In this document: in pieces, positions 40,097-53,106 of the stretch
How positions within the stretch are numbered: the stretch's first letter is position 1
Layout: each line of letters opens with the position of its first letter
Source of the DNA: Clostridia bacterium
GTDB lineage: Bacteria; Bacillota; Clostridia; UBA1212; DUPL01
Direction: 5' to 3'
NCBI GenBank assembly: GCA_050951325.1
Contig: JBMNIW010000003.1
Location: 64,001 to 128,000 of the forward strand
Length of the DNA: 64,000 bases
Notes under the pieces: generated by a model
Databases searched by the model: none
Seen by the model: only the letters and a program-made list of their open reading frames with translations
What the model was told of the DNA's origin: nothing
Translations under genes and position numbers: made by a program

Positions 40097-41375
40097 CATC
40101 ACACCTTGCCTTCAAACTTTTTGCATGAGCTGTAAGCCCTTCGGCCATCGCCATATTGTATGCATGCTCGCAATCCTTGAAAAAGCCCTCTTTCGTATAG
40201 TTTACAATACTGGTTCTCTTTACAAAATCCCATACTCCCAAAGGGGATGAAAATGCAGCCGTTCCTCCTGTTGGCAATACGTGATTTGAGCCGCAGAAAT
40301 AGTCGCCCATGGGTTCCGGTGAATACTCGCCTAAAAATATTGCTCCTGCATTGTAAAACTTGTCTATAAATTCATCCGTAAGAATCTTGTCGTTTAGTAT
40401 AAGCTCAAGATGTTCAGGTGCAATCGAATTAGACAAAAAAGCTGCTTCATCCAAATTGTCAACAACAATTATTGCGCCATTGTTTTCAATAGACTTTTTC
40501 GCAATAGTGTTTCTTTCCAAAGTTTTAAGTCTTTCATTGACCTTTTCTCTAACCTTCTCAGCTACATACATACTTGTAGTTACAAGTATGCTGGCAGCCA
40601 TTACATCATGTTCAGCCTGGGACAATAGATCCGCTGCAATATAATCGCAATTTGCAGTTTCATCGGCAACAATCATTATCTCTGAAGGGCCTGCAATCAT
40701 GTCAATACCCACATCTCCAAAAACAAGACTCTTTGCACAAGCCACATATGCGTTGCCAGGGCCCGTTATCTTGAACACTCTGGGAACTGACTCAGTGCCA
40801 TAAGCCATGGCGGCTATTGCCTGCGCTCCTCCAATCTTGAATATTCTGTCAACGCCTGCAATCTTCGCAGCCTTTAAAATTGCAGGAGAAACACTTCCAT
40901 CCTTTAAAGGAGGGGTACACATAATTATCTCTTTGACACCGGCCACTTTTGCAGGAATGATATTCATTAAAACAGAGGAAGGCAATGGTGCACTGCCGCC
41001 TGGCACATACACACCAACCCTCTGTATGCCATACACCCTTATACCGAATCTTGAACCGTCTTCCCTTTCAATTTGCCAGCTCTTCTCAAGTTCTCGTTCA
41101 TGAAAAGTAAATATATTGTCCTTTGCTTTTTGAAGAGCAATCTCCAAATCCTTATCTATTTTTGCACTTTCAATTTCCTCGTCAGTTACTTCAAGGCTGT
41201 CAAGTTCCACATTGTCAAACATTTTGGTATACATTCGGACAGCATCATCTCCTGAAGTTCTGACATCCTCCACAATCTTTTTTACTTTTTCCCTTATCTC
41301 ATCATTAATAGTTTTTCTTCTTTCATGAAAATGTGCAAGATACTCTGATTTATCTTCATTAATATAGATGCGCAT
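40080..41375 (-). CDS. hisD: Histidinol dehydrogenase
   Basis: GVYVPGG, IDMIAGPSE, SQAEHD, GSNHVLPT. Confidence 0.97.
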   Translation of the reverse strand: MRIYINEDKSEYLAHFHERRKTINDEIREKVKKIVEDVRTSGDDAVRMYTKMFDNVELDSLEVTDEEIESAKIDKDLEIALQKAKDNIFTFHERELEKSWQIEREDGSRFGIRVYGIQRVGVYVPGGSAPLPSSVLMNIIPAKVAGVKEIIMCTPPLKDGSVSPAILKAAKIAGVDRIFKIGGAQAIAAMAYGTESVPRVFKITGPGNAYVACAKSLVFGDVGIDMIAGPSEIMIVADETANCDYIAADLLSQAEHDVMAASILVTTSMYVAEKVREKVNERLKTLERNTIAKKSIENNGAIIVVDNLDEAAFLSNSIAPEHLELILNDKILTDEFIDKFYNAGAIFLGEYSPEPMGDYFCGSNHVLPTGGTAAFSSPLGVWDFVKRTSIVNYTKEGFFKDCEHAYNMAMAEGLTAHAKSLKARCDDEQVF

Positions 41376-41388
41376 GGTTATCCCCTCT

Positions 41389-42024
41389 TTAATCAAGCTG
41401 CTTCCTTATGGAATCCAATATTTTCGATATCCTTACTCTTTCAATTTTCATACTGACCTTGTTTACAATCATTCTAGCACTGATATCACATATAGTTTCC
41501 AAAACCACCAGTCCGTTATCTTGAAGTGTCTTTCCGCTCTCAACTATGTCCACAATAACCTCGGACAACCCCACCAGGGGAGCCAGTTCCACAGAACCGG
41601 ACAGTTCAATAATCTCGACACTTTCACGTTTCACACGCTGGTAGTATTCCCTTGAGATATTTGGATACTTGGTTGCAACTCTTTTGTTTGGTATGTTATC
41701 CAACTTTCCCGCAAGACTGGCCGGACCTGCTACACACATCCTGCATTTACCTATGCCCAGGTCAATAACCTCATATAAATCCCTGCCTTCTTCTAGCAGT
41801 GTGTCTCTTCCACATATGCCAATATCCGCAGCACCGTATTCAACGTAAGTGGGAACATCCGACGGCTTAACAAGAAAAAAACGCACCTTGTTTTCCTCAT
41901 CGGTAATAATCAACTTTCTGCTATCTTCAAGCAATCCCGATGTATTTATGCCTGTATTTGCAAATATGTCCGCTGCCTGTTTTGCAAGCCTCCCTTTTGC
42001 CAGTGCAATATTCAAGTACTTCAT
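41389..42024 (-). CDS. hisG: ATP phosphoribosyltransferase, short form
   Basis: [22 protein letters not shown]. Confidence 0.97.
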   Translation of the reverse strand: MKYLNIALAKGRLAKQAADIFANTGINTSGLLEDSRKLIITDEENKVRFFLVKPSDVPTYVEYGAADIGICGRDTLLEEGRDLYEVIDLGIGKCRMCVAGPASLAGKLDNIPNKRVATKYPNISREYYQRVKRESVEIIELSGSVELAPLVGLSEVIVDIVESGKTLQDNGLVVLETICDISARMIVNKVSMKIERVRISKILDSIRKQLD

Positions 42025-43286
42025 AACGCATTACCCCATTCGATGATATCCTGATAATCAATTATGCGATCAACACCATTGTTGAAATTAATGTATCTGA
42101 CCTTGCCGTCTTCTCTAACATAAAGAAACAATTTAAACCCTTCGTTTCTGGCAAATTCAACCGCTTCCCCTTCATCATATTCAGATATATCAAGATGGGT
42201 AGAAATATTGTTTTCTCTAAAAAACTGCGATATCTCAATGGCTTCCTTTCTATACTTTCTGACAAATCCAACAAACGCATCACAAGAAGGAGCTAATCCG
42301 CACATTCCCTGTCTAATCAAAGCCTTCATTAAAATGTTGATGCCAAGACTGAAACCAGACGCCGGTATTTTCTTACCAAAGTTGCCTGTAAGGGTGTCGT
42401 ACCTTCCTCCTCCTAAATAAGGAAAGCCTACGCCATATGTATAGCCTTTGAAAATGGTTCCGGTATAGTATTTTAAGCTTCCCACCATTCCTAGGTCTAT
42501 TGATACATATTCACTCAGCTTGTAATCATCAAGAATCCTTAATATCTCCCTTAACGTTTCTATGGCGTTCAAACTTTTTTCGTTATGTGCATACAGGGCA
42601 GCCTTGTCAAGGATGGTGGCATCCCCAAATAATTGCGGAATACTAAGCACAAGCTCACCCACATTGTCGTTTACTCCTTTTGTCTTGAGCATAAGTTCCA
42701 GACCTGCAAAATCCTTCTTTTCAACCAGCAGTCTGGTTTCTTCTGTTTCTTTGTCGCTGAAGCCGCATTCCTCCATTATGCCAATAAAGAATTCGGAATG
42801 TCCAATGTCTATCTGAAAATTCTCAAGACCTGCAAGAAGCGAAATTTCAATAGCTTTTGCAATAACCTCGGCATCAACAAGGCATCCATCCTGACCCATG
42901 ATTTCAACACCTGCCTGTGTAAACTCATTGGTCTTGCCTCCACCCACTTCGTTAAATCTGAATACATTCCCTATGTAAAACAGCTTTTTGGGCATTGCTT
43001 TATCGCCCACAATCTTTGTTGTAAACACTCTTGCTGCAGGAATTGTCAAATCAGGACGCAACACAAGGATCTGACCATTTTTGTCGGTCAGTTTGTACAT
43101 CATTTCACTATCCATGGTGTTGGGTCCTGATGTAAAGACATCATAATATTCCAGTGTGGGAGTAATTATCTCATAATATCCACACATTCTCAAATGTTTT
43201 CTTATGTCGGCTTCCATATTTCTCATGTTGAAGCCTTCTTCAATCAAAATATCCTGCATGCCTTCAGGTGTGTAGATCTGTTTCAT
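42021..43286 (-). CDS. hisZ: ATP phosphoribosyltransferase regulatory subunit
   Basis: [26 protein letters not shown]; upstream of a short hisG. Confidence 0.93.
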   Translation of the reverse strand: MKQIYTPEGMQDILIEEGFNMRNMEADIRKHLRMCGYYEIITPTLEYYDVFTSGPNTMDSEMMYKLTDKNGQILVLRPDLTIPAARVFTTKIVGDKAMPKKLFYIGNVFRFNEVGGGKTNEFTQAGVEIMGQDGCLVDAEVIAKAIEISLLAGLENFQIDIGHSEFFIGIMEECGFSDKETEETRLLVEKKDFAGLELMLKTKGVNDNVGELVLSIPQLFGDATILDKAALYAHNEKSLNAIETLREILRILDDYKLSEYVSIDLGMVGSLKYYTGTIFKGYTYGVGFPYLGGGRYDTLTGNFGKKIPASGFSLGINILMKALIRQGMCGLAPSCDAFVGFVRKYRKEAIEISQFFRENNISTHLDISEYDEGEAVEFARNEGFKLFLYVREDGKVRYINFNNGVDRIIDYQDIIEWGNAL

Positions 43287-43299
43287 CTCAAACCTCCTT

Positions 43300-43327
43300 C
43301 ACTTTATCGCAATAAAGCAATAAAGTG
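43300..43327. promoter_or_regulatory. HisR (YerC-type) operator-like palindrome
   Basis: CACTTTA-TCGCAA-TAAAGCA with a repeated half-site ATAAAGTG, between the promoter and the hisZ RBS. Confidence 0.7.
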
Positions 43328-43332
43328 AACAT

Positions 43333-43361
43333 AGTTTACATTAAAACTCCTATCATGTCAA
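43333..43361 (-). promoter_or_regulatory. SigA promoter of the his operon
   Basis: TTGACA-N17-TAAACT. Confidence 0.75.
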
Positions 43362-43364
43362 GCA

Positions 43365-45596
43365 CTATATATGTGAAAGCTTTGCATAAGCCAGCATAAG
43401 ACGTTTCATTCCAGTACTGTCAAACTGTATCTCAACAACGGTTTTATCACCACTGCCTTCCATTTTCACAATGGTACCATTGCCAAACTTCTTGTGTTTT
43501 ACTCTGTCACCCACCTTGAAATCTTTGGTATCAACCTTCCCGGTTTGTTGGTTCAGAGCTTTTACATCACCAACACTATTGACAACGCGTCCAAAAGCTC
43601 CCTTCCTGACAGCACCAGTCCTGAAAGTTGTACTTTTCTCACTCCTATCTTCCTCCTTCTCAGCTTTTAACTCAAGCTCCCTTAAAAATCTGGAAGGAAC
43701 CCTGTAATTGGTTCTTCCGTAGAGCAATCTTAGCCTCGAATGAGTCAGATAAAGTTTTTTCTTTGCTCTTGTTATTGCAACATAACAAAGCCTTCTTTCC
43801 TCTTCAACTTCTTCAGGCATCTCTGCGCGCATGGACGGAAAGGTACCCTCTTCCATGGCAATTACGAACACAACAGGAAATTCAAGACCCTTTGAGTTGT
43901 GTATTGTCATTAGAGTGACCGTGTCTGCATCTACTTCCTCCTGCTTGTCCATGTCTGTACTGAGGGCGATGTTCTGCAAAAATGAAGTCAGATTGTTTAA
44001 GTTCTCAGCATCGGGAGATTCCAGGACTTCGCTTTCATACTCATTTGCAACAGAAATGAACTCCATAAGGTTTTCTATTCGGGATTCCGCTTCATCAGTA
44101 TTCTCTCTCTTTAGTTCTTCAATCATGCCCGACTCGTATATCACATACTTTACATACTCGGAAATGGCCATTGTATCCTTTTTCATCATAATGTCCATTA
44201 TCTTTAGCGCAAAGCTTGCAAGCTTGGATGCGGTTCTGGACAACTCGGGATAGTTGCCCGCATTAAGAAACACATTTAAGACATTTGTGTCTTCCCTGAG
44301 TGCAATGTCGTATGCGCTGTTGTATGAAACCTCACCAATTCCCCTTTTCGGAACATTGATAATCCTTCTTAATGCCACATCGTCCAAAGGATTGTCCAAC
44401 ACCCTAAGGTAGCAGACGATATCCTTGATTTCCTTCCTGTCAAAGAACTTCAAACCGCCGTACACCCTGTACGGTATTCCAAATCTGGTAAGAGCTTTCT
44501 CTATTGTCTGCGACAGGGCATTTATTCTGTAAAGAATGGTGAAATCCGAATATTTCATTCCTTTTCTAACACCATCCTGAATAGCACTTACTATATACAA
44601 GGCTTCGTCGTTTTGATCTTCCGCTTCGTATCTGGTTATGGGTTCTCCATGTCCCTGCTCCGTCCACAATCTCTTGTGTCTTCTTTCTGTATTGTTTTTA
44701 ATTATCCTGTTTGCCGCATCCAGTATGTTCTGCGTAGATCTATAGTTCTGCTCCAGCTTTATTACCTTGCAGTCATGATACTCGTTTTCAAACTCAAGTA
44801 TGTTCCTTATATCCGCACCTCTGAAACCATAGATGCTCTGGTCGTCATCTCCTACCACACACAGATTCTTGTACTTTGATGCAAGCAAACGGACAAACTC
44901 ATACTGAGCCATGTTCGTATCCTGATACTCATCCACCATTATGAACTTGAACTTCTCCTGGTAATAATCAAGAACATCAGGATTCTCTTTGAACAACTTT
45001 ATTGTCATAAGTATCATGTCGTCAAAATCCATGGCGTTGTTCGCAAGCAAGGTTTCCTGATACATTTTGTACACTTCCGAAACCATCCTAAACAAGTGGT
45101 TATTGTATGTGTCATGACTCTTGGTAAAATCCTTCCAAGATATCATCTCGTCTTTTGCTTTTGATATGTATTTTCTTACCGCTTTGGGGTCCAGGTATTT
45201 CTCATCTATATTAAGTCTTCTAAGACATTCCTTCAAAACCACCTGCACTTCGGTTTCATCGTATATGATGAAGTTCGAATTGAAACCTATTCTATCCGCA
45301 TACCTTCTCAATATTTTACCACAGGCTGCGTGGAATGTGTTTATCCATATGCCGTAAAGATTTTCTTCGCCCAATAAAAAAGAAGCCCTCTCAGCCATTT
45401 CTCTTGCAGCTTTGTTGGTAAAAGTAATTGCCAGGATATTGTACGGACTTACGCCGCAGTTCCTTATCAAATGGGCTATCCTGTAGGTAATAACCCTGGT
45501 TTTACCACTACCTGCTCCTGCAAGAATTAGTAGAGGGCCTTCCACATGAGTGGCTGCCAAATATTGTTCTTTATTAAGTTCCTTCTTCAGATCCAT
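43365..45596 (-). CDS. pcrA: ATP-dependent DNA helicase PcrA/UvrD
   Basis: AGAGSGKT, VDEYQDTN, LEQNYRST, EERRLCYVAITRA, C-terminal Tudor (HKKFGNG); start at ATG 45596 (TAATG overlap). Confidence 0.97.
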   Translation of the reverse strand: MDLKKELNKEQYLAATHVEGPLLILAGAGSGKTRVITYRIAHLIRNCGVSPYNILAITFTNKAAREMAERASFLLGEENLYGIWINTFHAACGKILRRYADRIGFNSNFIIYDETEVQVVLKECLRRLNIDEKYLDPKAVRKYISKAKDEMISWKDFTKSHDTYNNHLFRMVSEVYKMYQETLLANNAMDFDDMILMTIKLFKENPDVLDYYQEKFKFIMVDEYQDTNMAQYEFVRLLASKYKNLCVVGDDDQSIYGFRGADIRNILEFENEYHDCKVIKLEQNYRSTQNILDAANRIIKNNTERRHKRLWTEQGHGEPITRYEAEDQNDEALYIVSAIQDGVRKGMKYSDFTILYRINALSQTIEKALTRFGIPYRVYGGLKFFDRKEIKDIVCYLRVLDNPLDDVALRRIINVPKRGIGEVSYNSAYDIALREDTNVLNVFLNAGNYPELSRTASKLASFALKIMDIMMKKDTMAISEYVKYVIYESGMIEELKRENTDEAESRIENLMEFISVANEYESEVLESPDAENLNNLTSFLQNIALSTDMDKQEEVDADTVTLMTIHNSKGLEFPVVFVIAMEEGTFPSMRAEMPEEVEEERRLCYVAITRAKKKLYLTHSRLRLLYGRTNYRVPSRFLRELELKAEKEEDRSEKSTTFRTGAVRKGAFGRVVNSVGDVKALNQQTGKVDTKDFKVGDRVKHKKFGNGTIVKMEGSGDKTVVEIQFDSTGMKRLMLAYAKLSHI

Positions 45597-46336
45597 TACA
45601 AGCTCCTTTGCCTTAAAACTTCGTACATAACCAAACTGGCTGCAACAGATGCATTCAATGACGTTATTTTTCCGACCATTGGAATTGATAATACAAGATC
45701 GCATTTCTTCTTGACAAGGCTACCTATACCCTTGCCTTCGCTTCCAACAACCACAGCGACAGGTCCTTTCAAGTCACAGTTGAAAAGGCTATAATCTCCA
45801 TCCGCATCCGTACCAACAATCCAAACTCCTTCCTTCTTCAACTTGTCAAGAGTCTGGGCAACATTTGACACGCGCGCTATTTTCATATGTTCAATTGCAC
45901 CCGCAGAGGTTTTCGCCACAGCAGCAGTCAACGGAACCTGTCTTCTCTTTGAGATTACTATCCCATGGGCTCCCGCCGCATCAGCACTTCTAATAATTGC
46001 ACCAAGGTTGTGAGGATCCTGTATTTCATCAAGAACAATGACAAAAGGATCCTGACCAAGTTCCCTTGCATGCTCCAATATATCTTCCAGCGTGTCGTAC
46101 TGCCTGGCGGACAAATATGCCATGACACCCTGATGGCTGCTAGTACCTGTAATTGCAGTCAGTTTTTCCTTTGTTGTGATGCTGAATATAATTCCTTTCT
46201 CTCTTGCCAGGGCCTTGATAACTCCTATGGACCCACCATGCTCATTAACAAGCATAATCTTGTTAATGGGCGTATCACTTTTCAATGCCTCAATCACAGC
46301 ATTCCTACCGTATATAAATTCATTATCAATGCTCAT
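45596..46336 (-). CDS. rlmB: 23S rRNA Gm2251 methyltransferase (TrmH family)
   Basis: DPHNLGAIIRSA, GSEGKG, SLNASVA. Confidence 0.95.
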   Translation of the reverse strand: MSIDNEFIYGRNAVIEALKSDTPINKIMLVNEHGGSIGVIKALAREKGIIFSITTKEKLTAITGTSSHQGVMAYLSARQYDTLEDILEHARELGQDPFVIVLDEIQDPHNLGAIIRSADAAGAHGIVISKRRQVPLTAAVAKTSAGAIEHMKIARVSNVAQTLDKLKKEGVWIVGTDADGDYSLFNCDLKGPVAVVVGSEGKGIGSLVKKKCDLVLSIPMVGKITSLNASVAASLVMYEVLRQRSL

Positions 46337-46760
46337 TAAAGCCTTTCTCCTTGTTCATTAATTCAAAAGAACGCTCCAAAATATGACTCATGCGTTCCGT
46401 CTGATTGGTAAGATAAAGGTATCCAATCAGACTCTCAAATCCCGTTGCATACCTGTAATCTGATATGTCCGCATTCTTGGGATGCGTATGGGTATTTGCA
46501 TTTCTACCCCTTCTCACAATCTCCTGTTCATCAGGAGTGAGAATGTCCGCAAGCTCATGAACCATGAAGGACTGGGATTTTGCCCTTACATATGTTATGG
46601 CGTTCACATGCAATTTATGAACATTCCTGATTCCTGATGAAACAAGTTTCTCTCTAATAAACAATTCAAAGACCGAATCGCCAATATATGCGAGCACAAG
46701 AGGCGGAAGCATCTTCGCATCTTTTATGTTGTACTTTTTATCTTCCATAATTCCTACCAT
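46326..46760 (-). CDS. mrnC: Mini-ribonuclease III
   Basis: LAYIGDSVFEL, RRGRNA, YRYATGFESLIGYL. Confidence 0.95.
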   Translation of the reverse strand: MVGIMEDKKYNIKDAKMLPPLVLAYIGDSVFELFIREKLVSSGIRNVHKLHVNAITYVRAKSQSFMVHELADILTPDEQEIVRRGRNANTHTHPKNADISDYRYATGFESLIGYLYLTNQTERMSHILERSFELMNKEKGFNEH

Positions 46761-48445
46761 TATTTGGACTTTGCCTTCTTAGCCCAGGAATCCTTCAAAG
46801 ACACAGTCCTATTGAACACAGGTTTCTCCGGTGTATGATCATTGTCTGTGCTGAAATATCCAAGTCTTAGGAACTGGAAGTGTGCATTCTTTTCACTATT
46901 GGCAAGAAAAGGCTCCACATATGCGTTTGTCACTACCTGCAATGAATCCGGATTCGCCTTGTCTACAAAATCAATTCCATCGGAATCATCCAAGGGGTCT
47001 TCCTGCAGGAACAACTTGTCGTACAAACGCACCTCGCTCTGTACCGCATTGTGTGCAGACACCCAGTGTATGGTACCCTTCACCTTTCTTGTTGGGAGCC
47101 ATCCACCTCTGGACTCAGGGTCATAAGTTGCGTGCACGACGGTCACATTGCCATTCTCATCGGTTTCATAGGATGTACATTTTACATAATATGCATACTT
47201 GAGTCTTACCTCATTGCCAGGATAAAGTCTGAAATATCCTTTTACAGGTTCTATCATAAAGTCTTCCCTTTCAATATAAAGAACCTTTGAGAACTCTACC
47301 TTCCTTTTTCCCATCTCAGGATTCTCTGGATTGACCTCCGCTTCAAATTCCTCAACCAAACCGTCTTCATAGTTGTCTATAACCAGCTTGATTGGATCGA
47401 GAACAGCCATTCCTCTTGGCGCAACTCTATTAAGGTCTTCCCTAACGTAATGCTCAAGTAGAGCATGGTCAACAACACTCAAAGTAGTCGAAACGCCCAC
47501 TGCCTCAATAAAGTTCCTTATGGCCTTGGGTGTGTAGCCCCTTCTTCTCAATCCGCGAAGGGTTGGCATTCTAGGGTCATCCCAACCCGACACTACATTG
47601 TTCTCAACCAGTCTTCTAAGCAGTCTTTTGCTCATAACAGTATGAGTGAGATTAAGTCTTGCAAACTCGGTCTGACATGGCTCGGGATCAAAAGGACCGC
47701 ACTCCCTGATAAACCAGTCATAAAGAGGTCTGTTGTTCTTGAAACCTATATCACACAAGGAATGAGTTATTCCTTCAAATGCGTCCTCAAGAGGATGCGC
47801 AAAGTCATACATGGGATATATGCACCATTCGTCACCTGTTCTGTGGTGTGTTGCATACAATATCCTGTAAATAACAGGATCCCTCATCACGATGTTTGGA
47901 GAAGCCATATCTATCTTGGCTCTCAATACCCTTGACCCTTCTTCAAATTCACCATTCTTCATGCGCTCGAACAGGTCAAGATTCTCCTCTATGCTTCTGT
48001 CCCGGTATGGACTGTTTTTGCCAGCTTCGGTCAAAGTTCCCCTATACTCCCTTATTTCATCAGGACTCAAATCGCATACGTATGCCAGTCCCTTCTTTAT
48101 GAGTTTTTTAGCACATTCGTACATCCTGGGGAAATAATCGGATGCGTAGTAAATGCCATCCCATTTGAATCCCAGCCATTTAATATCCTCTTTAATGGCC
48201 TCGACATACTCTTCATCCTCTTTTTCCGGATTGGTGTCGTCAAAACGCAGGTTGCAAAGTCCGCCAAACTTTTCGGCAGTCCCAAAGTCTACACAAATCG
48301 CCTTTGCATGTCCTATGTGCAAATATCCGTTGGGTTCGGGGGGAAATCTTGTGTGAACCCTTTTACCGTAATATCTGCCACCTTCTTTTATGTCGTTGGC
48401 CACCATTTCATGAATAAAGTTGGTTGTTACAAATTCGCTATCCAT
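46760..48445 (-). CDS. glnS: Glutamine-tRNA ligase
   Basis: [39 protein letters not shown]. Confidence 0.97.
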   Translation of the reverse strand: MDSEFVTTNFIHEMVANDIKEGGRYYGKRVHTRFPPEPNGYLHIGHAKAICVDFGTAEKFGGLCNLRFDDTNPEKEDEEYVEAIKEDIKWLGFKWDGIYYASDYFPRMYECAKKLIKKGLAYVCDLSPDEIREYRGTLTEAGKNSPYRDRSIEENLDLFERMKNGEFEEGSRVLRAKIDMASPNIVMRDPVIYRILYATHHRTGDEWCIYPMYDFAHPLEDAFEGITHSLCDIGFKNNRPLYDWFIRECGPFDPEPCQTEFARLNLTHTVMSKRLLRRLVENNVVSGWDDPRMPTLRGLRRRGYTPKAIRNFIEAVGVSTTLSVVDHALLEHYVREDLNRVAPRGMAVLDPIKLVIDNYEDGLVEEFEAEVNPENPEMGKRKVEFSKVLYIEREDFMIEPVKGYFRLYPGNEVRLKYAYYVKCTSYETDENGNVTVVHATYDPESRGGWLPTRKVKGTIHWVSAHNAVQSEVRLYDKLFLQEDPLDDSDGIDFVDKANPDSLQVVTNAYVEPFLANSEKNAHFQFLRLGYFSTDNDHTPEKPVFNRTVSLKDSWAKKAKSK

Positions 48446-48446
48446 T

Positions 48447-49895
48447 TTAACCTCCCAGTTTGCTAATACCGTATTCCATTCTTTTTAGCGATTCTTCTTT
48501 TCCCAGTATCTCTGCAATTTCCGTTGCTCCTCCCGGACTTACCTCAACTCCACTCAAAGCAGTTCTCATGGGCCAGAGAATCTGACTGTTCTTACATCCT
48601 AATTTTGCAGCCAGCTCCTTGATTCCTTCATACAAGCTGTTTGATGTAAAATCTTGCGCTTCTTTCAGGTAGTCGAATCCCTCTTTCAGGTAAGTCAAAG
48701 AGTTCTCCAAATCGGTCTTCATTTTTTTATGCACATATATCTGAATATCATAATCGGGTAATTCTGCAAAGAACGATATCTTCCCCGGTATTTCTGTCAG
48801 CACTTCCGTTCTCTTTTGTATAAGTCCGGCAATCTTCTTCATCTGCTCTTCTGTCAACGAAGAATTGGTGCCTTTTTCGATATATGGTCTTGCAACGTCA
48901 TAAAACTCATCCAGGTCCATCCTTCTTATATGTTCGCCATTCATCCAAGTCAGTTTTTCAATATCGAAAATGGCTGGCGACTTGCTTAGTCCGTCCAGAT
49001 TAAAAGATTTTTCAAGCTCCTCAAGTGTGAAGATTTCCTCAGTATCTTTTGGACTCCATCCCAAAAGTGCTATATAGTTTAGTATCGCCTTGGGCAGATA
49101 ACCTCTTTCAACCAAATCCTGAAAAGAAGCATCCCCATGTCTTTTTGAAAGTTTGGTATGCTGGTCTTTCATGACGGGAGGAAGATGAATGTATGTGGGT
49201 ATCTCCCATCCAAAAGCACTATACAGCAGGTTGTATTTGGGTGTTGATGAAAGATATTCGTTTCCCCTTACAACATGCGTAATCTTCATCAGATGGTCAT
49301 CCACTACATTTGCAAAGTTGTATGTTGGATATCCATCGGATTTTAAAAGCACCTGATCCTCCAAAGTCTTGTTCTCAATTGTAATGTCGCCATATACCAC
49401 ATCGTGAAAGGTTGTTGTTCCTTCGGTGGGCATCTTCTGCCTGATTACATGCGGAACATTGTTCCTGAGGTTTTTCTCCACTTCTTCCTTGTCCAAATAA
49501 AAGCAGTGCCTGTCATAGTTTAAAGCATCGCCAAGTTCGGCAGCACTCTTCTTTAGAGAGTCGAGCCTTTCCTTTGTGCAGAAGCAGTAGTATGCCTCTC
49601 CCTTGTCCACCAATTCCTGAGCATACTTTTTATACAAATGCAGCCTTTCACTTTGGATATACGGTCCGTAATCTCCACCCACATAAGGACCTTCGTCGTA
49701 TTTGATACCTGTCATTTCAAGTGTATTGAAGATGGCATCCATGGCGCCTTCCACGTATCTTTCCTGGTCCGTGTCCTCTATTCTTAATATGAACTTTCCT
49801 CCGTTTGATTTTGCAATAAGATACTCATAAAGAGCCGTCCTCAAATTGCCTATATGCATGTACCCCGTTGGACTTGGGGCAAATCTTGTCCTCAT
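48447..49895 (-). CDS. gltX: Glutamate-tRNA ligase
   Basis: [27 protein letters not shown]. Confidence 0.98.
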   Translation of the reverse strand: MRTRFAPSPTGYMHIGNLRTALYEYLIAKSNGGKFILRIEDTDQERYVEGAMDAIFNTLEMTGIKYDEGPYVGGDYGPYIQSERLHLYKKYAQELVDKGEAYYCFCTKERLDSLKKSAAELGDALNYDRHCFYLDKEEVEKNLRNNVPHVIRQKMPTEGTTTFHDVVYGDITIENKTLEDQVLLKSDGYPTYNFANVVDDHLMKITHVVRGNEYLSSTPKYNLLYSAFGWEIPTYIHLPPVMKDQHTKLSKRHGDASFQDLVERGYLPKAILNYIALLGWSPKDTEEIFTLEELEKSFNLDGLSKSPAIFDIEKLTWMNGEHIRRMDLDEFYDVARPYIEKGTNSSLTEEQMKKIAGLIQKRTEVLTEIPGKISFFAELPDYDIQIYVHKKMKTDLENSLTYLKEGFDYLKEAQDFTSNSLYEGIKELAAKLGCKNSQILWPMRTALSGVEVSPGGATEIAEILGKEESLKRMEYGISKLGG

Positions 49896-49928
49896 GTCTT
49901 CCCTCCAATAATTACATATATCCTTAAA

Positions 49929-49957
49929 ATTATATAATCACTAATGAACCGTGTCAA
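49929..49957 (-). promoter_or_regulatory. SigA promoter of the gltX-glnS-mrnC-rlmB-pcrA operon
   Basis: Perfect TTGACA-N17-TATAAT. Confidence 0.85.
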
Positions 49958-49963
49958 CAAGCT

Positions 49964-52047
<2,084 letters not shown>

Positions 52048-52059
52048 ACAGCAACAAGA

Positions 52060-53004
52060 CTACATGAGGTACTCGGATATGTCTCCAAAATCAAATCCTT
52101 TGTGGAATGCCATGTTCAATCCATCTGATATCGCAGTGGCCATTCTCTTTATACTAATATCTATATTCTTGGGTGTCACCACCATGTCTGCACCGCAGGT
52201 TTGTGATATGCTGGTTATCAAACTTGGCTCCAACTCTCCACCTTCCGCTTTTTCAAGAAGGTCTTTCGCCAAAGTCAATGCGTCCACAACAGTCGGCACA
52301 CCTATCGATACTACCGGTACTTTTAATGTTTCCTGGGACAGCTCCATTCTTCTGTTTCCAACTCCCGAACCAGGAACAATGCCTGTATCGGACAGCTGTA
52401 TTGTTGTGTTTATTCTCGATGTTTTTCTTGATGCGAGGGCATCAATGGCAAAGACAATATCCGGTTTAATCTTTTCAACCAAACTGAGTACTATTTCACT
52501 CGTCTCAATGCCCGTTATACCAAGCACTCCGGGAGCGACGGCACAAACATTTCCAAGACGCTCATCCAATTCCAGTTGAAGGCTTTTATCTGTAATGGCA
52601 TGTCTTGTTATTATCATGGTTTCGACCACCTTGGGCCCCAGAGAGTCCGGTGTTATGTTTCTGTTTCCAAGACCCGCAACCATGATGGAAGGATCCTTTT
52701 TATGAAGTCTTTTTGTAAAGTACTCTACCTCATCGCAGAGGGTGAACGCCAGTTCCCTGTGTACATCCAGGGTGTTCAACTCTCCCTCTTTAAGTTCAAG
52801 GGTTACATAGATACCCTTCTTCTTCCCTATTACCCTCTCTGCCTCATCGCTTTCTATCTTTATGCGGGTTATAAGTATGTGGTCCTTTTCCTCCGTAGTA
52901 ACAGTCATTCCTTCAGGCAGCTGTCTTTGTGCCTTCATTACACCTGATCGCTTTTCATCAATCATTTCTCGAGCTTCAAGTGCCAAGTCTGTTCTCATTT
53001 GCAT
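52060..53004 (-). CDS. gpr: Germination protease GPR
   Basis: RTDLALEA, GLGNRNITPDSLGP, AIDALASR, GVPTVVDA, MVVTPKNID. Confidence 0.96.
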   Translation of the reverse strand: MQMRTDLALEAREMIDEKRSGVMKAQRQLPEGMTVTTEEKDHILITRIKIESDEAERVIGKKKGIYVTLELKEGELNTLDVHRELAFTLCDEVEYFTKRLHKKDPSIMVAGLGNRNITPDSLGPKVVETMIITRHAITDKSLQLELDERLGNVCAVAPGVLGITGIETSEIVLSLVEKIKPDIVFAIDALASRKTSRINTTIQLSDTGIVPGSGVGNRRMELSQETLKVPVVSIGVPTVVDALTLAKDLLEKAEGGELEPSLITSISQTCGADMVVTPKNIDISIKRMATAISDGLNMAFHKGFDFGDISEYLM

Positions 53005-53036
53005 AAATCTTCCTCCTGATCAAACAAATTTACTTT

Positions 53037-53065
53037 AAGTTTGTCCAATCTGGAAGATTTTATGC
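53037..53065 (-). promoter_or_regulatory. Candidate SigF/SigG promoter of gpr
   Basis: GCATA-N17-CAAACTT with GG shortly upstream of the -10 element; gpr is a known forespore gene. Confidence 0.6.
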
Positions 53066-53067
53066 AT

Positions 53068-53093
53068 AAAAAAAACGTGTTGAACACGTTTTT
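53068..53093. terminator. Terminator after rpsT
   Basis: AAAAACGTGT-TGA-ACACGTTTTT with an A/T run on each side. Confidence 0.75.
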
Positions 53094-53106
53094 ATTAGAA
53101 AGTCAA

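Noticed and set aside
45597-45704. Apparent N-terminal extensions in the ORF track (pcrA, also nnr, rpsE, rplF, hisIE)
   Set aside because: Artefacts of longest-ORF calling; downstream starts with an RBS or translational coupling fit better
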